Origin: an uncultured Candidatus Poseidoniales archaeon
Lineage (GTDB): Archaea > Thermoplasmatota > Poseidoniia > Poseidoniales > Poseidoniaceae
Direction of reading: 5' to 3'
Length of the DNA stretch: 32,910 bases
Assembly: GCA_964014905.1 (NCBI GenBank)
Contig: CAXHCG010000002.1
Location: 1 to 32,910, forward strand
The translations under genes and the position numbers were made by a program. Positions 16,236-23,027 of this stretch are shown here, piece after piece; the first letter of the stretch is position 1, and each line of letters opens with the position of its first letter. The notes beneath the pieces were generated by a model that was given only the letters and a program-made list of their open reading frames with translations, ran no database searches and was not told the DNA's origin.

Positions 16236-16964
16236 ATGGACGAGGAGACGCTGCCCCTCTTCGTTCTCCCCATGGTTCTCTTCCCTGGCGAGCTGCAGGA
16301 ACTGCGCGTGTTCGAGCCGCGCTATCGGCAGATGCTCGACACCTGTGTCCTCGACGAACGCCCGTTCGGATTGGTCATGAACGACCCCTTTGAACCGACC
16401 AACGGTTGGGACGGACCCCGCCGGCATGGATGTGAAGCCATCATTCTCAACCATGAAACAAAAGGCGTAAACCACTTCATCACCATCAGCGGAGGGCGAC
16501 GTTTCTTCATCGACGAAGTCATTGAACCCGCCCTTCCACCGTTCTCCGACCCCTCGATGACGAAGTTGATTCAGGAAGGCATTGCGCCCGACATTGAAAC
16601 GTTGCTCGACCACCTCCCGGAAGACGCTGAACACAGCCGCTTGTACATTTCTGCAAAGGTCACCTACCTCGATGAAGCCGGAGAACTGGACGAGGAGGAG
16701 CAAGGCTTTCTCCGCACCATCACGTCGACCGTCGTTCAGCAAGCCGGACGCGGAATGAACGTTGACACAGCGGTGCTGAACCAATGGGTTTCCTCCATCT
16801 GCGAGGAGCAAATCGACGGCCGAAAAGAATCCATCTACAACATTGCTGCGTTGTGCCTCAGCGACCTTGAGTCAAGGCAGCAACTGTTGGCGTGTTCAAG
16901 CGCCACTGAAGCGATACATGAACTGCGAACGCACGTCATGGCCTTCGTCGATGAGGAAGAATGA
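16236..16964 (+). CDS. Stand-alone LON N-terminal (substrate-binding, PUA-like) domain protein
   Basis: [34 protein letters not shown] matches the LON_substr_bdg N-terminal signature (LPLFPL..VLFPG..L.IFEPRY). The alternative ATG at 16179 would overlap the ALDH gene by 19 nt. Confidence 0.7.
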   Translation: MDEETLPLFVLPMVLFPGELQELRVFEPRYRQMLDTCVLDERPFGLVMNDPFEPTNGWDGPRRHGCEAIILNHETKGVNHFITISGGRRFFIDEVIEPALPPFSDPSMTKLIQEGIAPDIETLLDHLPEDAEHSRLYISAKVTYLDEAGELDEEEQGFLRTITSTVVQQAGRGMNVDTAVLNQWVSSICEEQIDGRKESIYNIAALCLSDLESRQQLLACSSATEAIHELRTHVMAFVDEEE

Positions 16965-17007
16965 GCGAAGGCGACGATTTGAAAACACCAAGGGCGGTGG
17001 GAGAATC

Positions 17008-17829
17008 ATGTCCGTTTACAGCGAAGCGCGGAAGGTGACCACCCACACGCTCCAAGAAATGAAGCGAGCTGGCGAGAAAATCACGATGCTCACCGCCTAT
17101 GATTACTCACTGGCGCGCCTGGTTGACCAGGCCGGCGTTGACGTCATTTTGGTTGGCGATTCTGCCTCGAACGTGATGGCAGGTCAAGCCACGACCGTTC
17201 CGATGACCTTGGATCACATGATCTATCACGCACAATGCGTTGAGCGGGCTGTTGACCGCGCCTTGCTGGTGGTGGACATGCCGTTTGGAACCTACCAGGG
17301 AAATTCTCGCCAAGCCCTTGATTCGGCCATTCGCATCATGAAAGAATCCAGCGGTCATGCCGTGAAACTTGAGGGCGGTTCTGAAATTGTTGAGTCGGTT
17401 GAACGAATTCTAACCGCTGGAATTCCCGTGATGGGTCATCTTGGTCTGACGCCACAATCCATCTACAAATTTGGCACCTATTCCGTTCGAGCAAAAGAAG
17501 ATGAAGAGGCGGAGAAGTTGATCGCCGATGCCAAGGTTCTCGAAGCCGCAGGTTGCTTTGCCATCGTCTTGGAAAAAATCCCTCGAGACCTTGCAAAACG
17601 GGTCTCGGAAGCCCTGAACATTCCGACCATTGGCATCGGAGCAGGCCAGGATGTTGACGGACAGGTGCTCGTCCTCCACGACCTGCTCGGAATCACCATG
17701 GATTTCTCACCTCGGTTCCTGCGCCGCTACCTCAACCTCGCCGAAGAGATCGACGGGGCCATCAAATCCTACTGCGATGATGTTCGTTCAGGAGACTTCC
17801 CAAACGACGATGAGTCCTACACGTCTTGA
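17008..17829 (+). CDS. panB: 3-methyl-2-oxobutanoate hydroxymethyltransferase (ketopantoate hydroxymethyltransferase)
   Basis: It has [63 protein letters not shown] and [24 protein letters not shown]. The true start is the ATG at 17008; the track's 16843 start is an upstream extension. Confidence 0.93.
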   Translation: MSVYSEARKVTTHTLQEMKRAGEKITMLTAYDYSLARLVDQAGVDVILVGDSASNVMAGQATTVPMTLDHMIYHAQCVERAVDRALLVVDMPFGTYQGNSRQALDSAIRIMKESSGHAVKLEGGSEIVESVERILTAGIPVMGHLGLTPQSIYKFGTYSVRAKEDEEAEKLIADAKVLEAAGCFAIVLEKIPRDLAKRVSEALNIPTIGIGAGQDVDGQVLVLHDLLGITMDFSPRFLRRYLNLAEEIDGAIKSYCDDVRSGDFPNDDESYTS

Positions 17830-18324
17830 TCAAAGCATCACGCTAAAGTACAGCAAGGAACCACCAAGTGCGCCAATGTTCACCCCGAGGGTGTGCCAGA
17901 GCGCTGACCGAAACGGTGGGAGGTTGAATCGCCACCACGACGTGCTCACCCAAATCCAAACCACAACGGCCAGATAACCTCCGCAGACAAATCCGCCGAG
18001 GCCCGTTGACCAAATCAGCAACAAAGGGAAGGCGAGGGTCGCCACGCCACCCAAATATTCCTTCCATCGGTTCTGGGGATGGTGCGTAAGCCAGCGATGA
18101 AGCAGCGGAGAGAAGAGCATCATAACAATCAGCCCACCTTGAGGCGGATTTGGCATTCCGTAGGTGAGATGAGGCGACAAAAAAGCCTGCCAGCCCGCTC
18201 CAACCACGAAACCAAACATCGTCGGCGCAATCACGTTTTCAACCGTCTCTCGCCATGTCGCCGTGCGAGGTGAGTCGGCGACCGCGTCCAAAACAACCGT
18301 CCGCTCAACGTCGGCGCCCTCCAT
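17830..18324 (-). CDS. Hypothetical integral membrane protein (about 4 TM helices)
   Basis: 164 aa with four hydrophobic segments (for example GLIVMMLFSPLL, GGVATLAFPLLLIW, GGFVCGGYLAVVVWIWV, LGVNIGALGGSLLYF). ATG start with a TATA-like box about 25 nt upstream. No family is recognised. Confidence 0.6.
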   Translation of the reverse strand: MEGADVERTVVLDAVADSPRTATWRETVENVIAPTMFGFVVGAGWQAFLSPHLTYGMPNPPQGGLIVMMLFSPLLHRWLTHHPQNRWKEYLGGVATLAFPLLLIWSTGLGGFVCGGYLAVVVWIWVSTSWWRFNLPPFRSALWHTLGVNIGALGGSLLYFSVML

Positions 18325-18344
18325 GCCTTTGGCGTGGACGCATG

Positions 18345-18353
18345 TTGTTTATG
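18345..18353 (-). promoter_or_regulatory. TATA-like box (minus-strand TCATAAACA) about 25 nt upstream of the ATG at 18324
   Basis: AT-rich element in the 97-bp divergent intergenic region. Confidence 0.3.
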
Positions 18354-18390
18354 ACTCTGCGTTCGTTAAACTGACCTTGAGACTCCGATG

Positions 18391-18401
18391 ATGAATTAAA
18401 C
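18391..18401 (+). promoter_or_regulatory. TATA-like box (ATGAATTAAAC) about 26 nt upstream of the ATG at 18422
   Basis: AT-rich element in the divergent intergenic region. The spacing implies a leaderless mRNA for the dioxygenase operon. Confidence 0.3.
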
Positions 18402-18421
18402 CTCGCCGCCGTGGGTAGAAC

Positions 18422-19324
18422 ATGGGCAAAGGTCGCATTGTTGCCGGTTGCATCGCACCGCATCCACCACACTTGGTCTACGCAGAAAATCCACCGCAAA
18501 ATGAACCGGTCGCCGAAGGCGGCTGGGAACAACTCCGTTGGGGCTATGAACGGCTACGTGCCTCACTCGCAGACAAGGACTACGACGCCATCGTCCTTCT
18601 TTCACCGCACTGGCAAACCTACGTTGGAACCCATTTCCTTGGCCTCCCTCACTTCGAGGGCCTTTCGGTTGACCCGGTGTTTCCAAATCTGTTTCGCTAT
18701 CACTACGACATGAACGTCGACGTTGAACTTTCCAAAGCCATTCACGATGAAGCAGAAGCTGCTGGCCTACCCGTGAAAATGATGGAAAACCCCGATTTCA
18801 GAGTCGATTACGGGACCATCACCACCGGGCATTTGTTCAATCCTGATTGGGATAAACCGATTGTGGTCATCTCAAGCAACCGTTCAACCGCTTATTATTC
18901 CGTGGAAGTCATGCAGGAAATCATGATCGAACTTGGCAAAGTGACGCGGAAGGCCATCGAAGCAAGTGGAAAAAAGGTCGTCGTGCTCGCCAGCAATTCA
19001 CTTTCCCACCGCCACTTCACAACCGAATCCGAGGTCCCCGAGGACATGAGCAAAGAGCACATCACCAGCCATGCCATGCATCTTTGGGACATGCGAATCA
19101 TCGATTACATGCGCAGCGGTCAATCGCAGCGTATCCTTGACGAAATGCCAGAATTCACGGAGCAAGCCATCGCTGAAAGCGATGGAGGAGGACTGTCTTG
19201 GCTCCTTTCAACCCTTGGCGTGCCGGACTATCCAGCCATCCTCCACGGCTACGGAACCATCATCGGGACTGGAAATGCCGTTGTTGAATGGCCTTGCCAC
19301 GCCCATGAGGTGAGCGCGGAATGA
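18422..19324 (+). CDS. Class III (LigB-type) extradiol dioxygenase catalytic subunit, 2-aminophenol 1,6-dioxygenase beta (AmnB/CnbCb)-like
   Basis: 300 aa. It has IAPHPPHLVYAENPPQNEP, LLSPHWQ, FRVDYGTITT, ASNSLSHRHF and QAIAESDGGG. H14, H63 and E252 sit where the 2-His-1-carboxylate triad is expected. Confidence 0.8.
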   Translation: MGKGRIVAGCIAPHPPHLVYAENPPQNEPVAEGGWEQLRWGYERLRASLADKDYDAIVLLSPHWQTYVGTHFLGLPHFEGLSVDPVFPNLFRYHYDMNVDVELSKAIHDEAEAAGLPVKMMENPDFRVDYGTITTGHLFNPDWDKPIVVISSNRSTAYYSVEVMQEIMIELGKVTRKAIEASGKKVVVLASNSLSHRHFTTESEVPEDMSKEHITSHAMHLWDMRIIDYMRSGQSQRILDEMPEFTEQAIAESDGGGLSWLLSTLGVPDYPAILHGYGTIIGTGNAVVEWPCHAHEVSAE

Positions 19325-20766
19325 GCGAAGGCAGTGTCGTCGGTTCCTTTGTGGTACCCGTTCATCCACACACCGTCCTCGCTCCAGACGAAAGCCCTGG
19401 TTGGCGGGCCTTGCGCGATGCTTTTGATGAAGCAGCACAGATGATTCGAGACCTCAAGGCCGATTTACTCATCGTTTATTCAACCACGTGGCCGTCCATC
19501 ATCGGACACCAAATCCAAGCGGACCCGAACCCTGAATGGGTGATGGTCGACCATGACTTCCACGACCTCGGATCAATTCCCTATTCGTTCAACATTGACG
19601 CTGAGTTTGCCCATGCATGGGACGACGCCAACCGAAACAGAGGTCTTCAAAGCCGATGCGTGAACTACAAAGGGTTCCCCATCGATGTGGGTTCGGTCGT
19701 TGCCCTGACCTTGCTCAATCCCAACAACGACATTCCTGCCGTCATCGTCTCTTCGAACATGTACGCCAATCGAAGCGAAACCACCGTGCTTGCGAAGTCA
19801 TGCCTTGACGTCATCAAAGAACAGGGGCGTCGAGCCGTGGCCATCACGGCCATGTCCCTCTCTAATCGAATGTTCACGGATTTCATTGAGCCAAAAGAAG
19901 ACAAAATTCACTCGCTCAAAGACGATGAATGGAATCGAAAAATCCTCGAGTTCTTGACAGAGGGACGACTGGAGGACGTCGGCCAACTTTCAAGAACCAT
20001 CCACCGCCAAATCCGCGTCCAAAAAGTCGTGGCGTTCAAGCCCATGTGGTGGCTTTCAGCCATGAATGGAAACCGAAACGACCTCAGTGGGCGAGTCCTG
20101 GCCTACGAAGCCATTCACGGAGCTGGAGGCGCCGTGGTTCACGTTGACCCCACTCCGTCCGGCGTGGGCGACAAAGAATACGACGAAGACGACATTGAAT
20201 ACTACCACGGAGAGCGAGGAGTCCTCGACACCGTGGCAGAAACCGAAGACGAAACGTTGGCCTCGCCCGATACAAAGACACCTCAGTCAGACGGTTCTCC
20301 AGAGGTCGAGTCCAGTGGACCAGCGCTGTGGAACCCTACGGAGGCCGAAGGTTCAGTCAACACCGATTCCGCACCCAAACCAGTGGGAGCCTACCCCCAT
20401 GCCCGGAAAGTCGGAAACATGCTGTTCCTTTCCGGCGTTGGGCCTCGCCAACCGGGGACCAATGCCATACCTGGCGGGCCAATTCATGATGAACATGGTG
20501 AACCGTCCGACTACGACATCAAGGCACAGACGCATGCTGTTGTGAACAACGTTCGACGCATTGTCGAGGAAGCCGGAGCCACCATGGACCAAGTGGTTGA
20601 TGTGACCACCTTCCTCGTGGACATGAAGCGCGACTTTGCAGGTTACAACGAGGTCTGGGCTGAAACGCTCGGCAAGGTTGGCCCCACGCGGACAACCTTG
20701 GCCATCGACGCTCTGCCAACCCCCATTGCAGTGGAAATGAAGGTCATCGTCCACATGGGCGAGTGA
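19321..20766 (+). CDS. Fusion protein: degenerate LigB-fold subunit (AmnA/alpha-like) + acidic linker + RidA/YjgF (2-aminomuconate deaminase-like) domain
   Basis: ATGA overlap with the upstream gene, and GAGGTGA 7 nt upstream. The N-terminal ~275 aa are paralogous to the upstream protein, but the metal and catalytic His positions are lost (STTW in place of SPHW, SLSNRMF in place of SLSHRHF). The C-terminal ~130 aa read APKPVGAYPHARKVGNMLFLSGVGP...PTRTTLAIDALPTPIAVEMKVIV, a RidA signature that includes the Arg. Confidence 0.8.
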   Translation: MSEGSVVGSFVVPVHPHTVLAPDESPGWRALRDAFDEAAQMIRDLKADLLIVYSTTWPSIIGHQIQADPNPEWVMVDHDFHDLGSIPYSFNIDAEFAHAWDDANRNRGLQSRCVNYKGFPIDVGSVVALTLLNPNNDIPAVIVSSNMYANRSETTVLAKSCLDVIKEQGRRAVAITAMSLSNRMFTDFIEPKEDKIHSLKDDEWNRKILEFLTEGRLEDVGQLSRTIHRQIRVQKVVAFKPMWWLSAMNGNRNDLSGRVLAYEAIHGAGGAVVHVDPTPSGVGDKEYDEDDIEYYHGERGVLDTVAETEDETLASPDTKTPQSDGSPEVESSGPALWNPTEAEGSVNTDSAPKPVGAYPHARKVGNMLFLSGVGPRQPGTNAIPGGPIHDEHGEPSDYDIKAQTHAVVNNVRRIVEEAGATMDQVVDVTTFLVDMKRDFAGYNEVWAETLGKVGPTRTTLAIDALPTPIAVEMKVIVHMGE

Positions 20767-20806
20767 AATTTTCCGGATACCGGAGAACAACTGTTGTAAA
20801 CCATAC

Positions 20807-20821
20807 AAATAACTATTATTA
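20807..20821 (+). promoter_or_regulatory. AT-rich TATA-like element (AAATAACTATTATTA) upstream of the transporter gene
   Basis: This is the most AT-rich stretch in the window, within the 112-bp intergenic region. GGGGGT lies 7 nt before the TTG start at 20879. Confidence 0.35.
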
Positions 20822-20878
20822 GATTGATGTTTCATCAAGATAAGAATCAGTTTCATGTCGGATTTCGGGGGTTAGACG

Positions 20879-22537
20879 TTGGCAAGAGATACCGTAGAAA
20901 GCATACTCAAAGGCGTCGCATCGGGAGACGCAAAGGGAGTCGCTAAGGAAATCAAAGGAACCCTCTCCAGAACGATAGGTCTCGCCACCCTGGTGATTCT
21001 CTCGTTGTCTTCGATGCTGGGCTCAGGTTTGTTCATTCTTCCTGCCTTTGCACAGGAAGTGGCAGGAGACGGTATGTGGTTTGCCTTTGTTTTGGCAGCG
21101 TCAGTGGTCCTCACAGGCGCCTTCTCAAAATCGGAACTCGCCAGTGCCATGCCCGAATCCGGTGGTGTTTACATCTACATGGAACGCACCTACGGCTCCC
21201 TCATGGGGACCATCAGTGGATTGGGCTTGTTTGCCTCGTTTATGCTCAAATCAGCGTTTGCTCTGATCGGTTTCGCCGCCTACCTCGAAGTGGTCACGGC
21301 CGCTCTTGACGTTGAGGTTAATCCGATTACGATGGCGCTGGTTCTCCTCACGTTCATCGTCATCATCAACATCACCGGCGTGAAGAAAATAAAAAAGGTC
21401 CAAACGCCAATTGTTGCAACAGCCGTTGGTTTCCTTCTCCTTCTGTGCATCATGGCCGTCCTGGGCGGTGATGCAGACTTCTCGCGACCCGTAACCAACA
21501 TTGACTATCTCAGTCCGGAAATGGGGACCGCAGCAGCCCTCGTGTTTGTGGCCTACTCCGGAGCCATCAAGGTTGGCGCAATCGGTGGCGAAGTGATGGA
21601 CCCTGAAAAAAACATCCCTCGAGGCATGTTCGCCTCGCTCTTGGTGGCAACCATCCTCTACGCAGGCGTTGCGTTTGTGATGGTATCGGTCCTCCCCACC
21701 GGATGGCACATGGACGACGGTCATGCAATTGAAAATCCAATCTACGTGTTTGCCGAACATGTGGGAGGCAGCACCATCGGCGTAATCGCTGCCCTCCTGG
21801 CCATCATTACGATGGCCTCAATGGCGCTTGCAGGTGTCTTGTCCGCCTCCCGGTTTCTTTTCGCCATGGCCAGAGACAACCTGCTTCCGTCCAAACTTGA
21901 AGACCTCAACCCAACCTATGAGACACCCCACTGGCCCATCATCATTACCGGATTGATGATGGCGACCGCCATTTTGACCATCGACGTCCACGCCATCGCA
22001 GAACTTGCGTCAGGGTTCAACATCATGGTGTTCGTTGCCATCAATGCCTCAGTGGTCGTGATGAGGCACGCTGGTCCACGGCACAACTGGAACCCACCTT
22101 ACAAATCCCCTCTTTACCCACTCCCTCAAATTTACGGTTCTGGAACCGGGATTCTTCTGCTGTGGCTCATCGGAACGAACGCCCTTATCGGAGCGGCAGG
22201 GGCCATCGGACTGGGCGTTGTCGTGTGGCTGGTGTACGGCCGCAAACACATCCTCGAGGAAGCACGCATCACGCCGTTTGCAACGTTCAAATCTCGCTTC
22301 ATAAATCCGACAAAAGAGGCGCATGAACGCTTCCTCACGGCGTTCCACTCAGCGGATATCGGCGGGAAAAACCACTTGACGCTCAGCGAATTTAGATCGG
22401 CCTTGACGCAAGGACTCGGAATGGACTTGGCACCGATGGAAGTTCGGATGTACTTTCACAAAGCGGATGCAGACGGAGACGGGGTCGTTGACATCGACGA
22501 GTTCCTCAATGCCATGGAACGCAATGAAGAGGAATGA
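20879..22537 (+). CDS. APC-superfamily amino acid/polyamine transporter with a C-terminal EF-hand pair
   Basis: 552 aa, roughly 12 TM helices, with an APC N-terminal signature (LSLSSMLGSGLFILP, SELASAMPESGGVYIYMERTYG). The cytoplasmic C-terminus carries a canonical EF loop, DADGDGVVDIDE. The TTG start is the only start-type codon before TM1. Confidence 0.85.
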   Translation: MARDTVESILKGVASGDAKGVAKEIKGTLSRTIGLATLVILSLSSMLGSGLFILPAFAQEVAGDGMWFAFVLAASVVLTGAFSKSELASAMPESGGVYIYMERTYGSLMGTISGLGLFASFMLKSAFALIGFAAYLEVVTAALDVEVNPITMALVLLTFIVIINITGVKKIKKVQTPIVATAVGFLLLLCIMAVLGGDADFSRPVTNIDYLSPEMGTAAALVFVAYSGAIKVGAIGGEVMDPEKNIPRGMFASLLVATILYAGVAFVMVSVLPTGWHMDDGHAIENPIYVFAEHVGGSTIGVIAALLAIITMASMALAGVLSASRFLFAMARDNLLPSKLEDLNPTYETPHWPIIITGLMMATAILTIDVHAIAELASGFNIMVFVAINASVVVMRHAGPRHNWNPPYKSPLYPLPQIYGSGTGILLLWLIGTNALIGAAGAIGLGVVVWLVYGRKHILEEARITPFATFKSRFINPTKEAHERFLTAFHSADIGGKNHLTLSEFRSALTQGLGMDLAPMEVRMYFHKADADGDGVVDIDEFLNAMERNEEE

Positions 22538-22548
22538 ATCGAACCGAT

Positions 22549-23019
22549 TCAAGCGAGAATCAATCGAAGGCTTTCCAAACTTCGCAATTCGGCGAAGTAA
22601 ATCTGTTCGATCGCGTCGTACATTTCCTGGTCGCCAATTTCATCCAAAAGTGTGATGATGCCGGCGTAGACTTCCGACGCTTTCGTCTCGGTTTCCAAGG
22701 AACGCTGCAGCATGTCCTTGAAATCAGTGGAATGGACAATGGGGTGAGGATTTCGCTCTGTAACCGGTACGCCACCCAGCTTGACGATTGAGCGACGGAC
22801 GACATCGGCGTGTGCCAATGATTCCGTGGCCTCTTCGGTGAACATTGGATCGAGTTGGAGCCGATGGATACCTTGGATGTTCGCAGCGTAATGTGCATAC
22901 ATGTTCATGGCTCGGAGTTCCCACCCAAGCGCTTCATTAAGCCGTTCAACCAACATCTCACTGCCCATGTTATCAGCCGTCCGTTGAGGTCCTACAATTT
23001 TAATCTCAGCATTGGTCAA
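22549..23019 (-). CDS. Ferritin-like / Dps-bacterioferritin superfamily protein
   Basis: A four-helix pattern: LVERLNEALGWELRAMNMYAHYAANIQG, FTEEATESLAHADVVRRSIVKLGG (ExxH), and ETETKASEVY..EQIYFAELRS. The track's start is a TTG at 23019, and the ATG at 22968 (MGSEML...) is an equally plausible start. Confidence 0.7.
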   Translation of the reverse strand: MTNAEIKIVGPQRTADNMGSEMLVERLNEALGWELRAMNMYAHYAANIQGIHRLQLDPMFTEEATESLAHADVVRRSIVKLGGVPVTERNPHPIVHSTDFKDMLQRSLETETKASEVYAGIITLLDEIGDQEMYDAIEQIYFAELRSLESLRLILA

Positions 23020-23027
23020 GGAGGAAT

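Noticed and set aside
15828-16811. 327-aa minus-strand ORF antisense to the ALDH and LON-N genes
   Set aside because: It overlaps two plus-strand genes that have strong family motifs. It has no recognisable motifs or promoter space, so it is a shadow ORF.
16843-17007. Upstream extension of the panB ORF (the track's 328-aa version)
   Set aside because: It overlaps the 3' end of the LON-N gene. PanB homology starts at [19 protein letters not shown] (ATG at 17008).
20767-20878. Possible riboswitch or ncRNA in the AT-rich 112-bp region before the transporter, including the CCGGATACCGG mini-hairpin
   Set aside because: No recognisable riboswitch core was found. The hairpin stem is only 4 bp. A promoter plus a short 5' UTR explains the region adequately.
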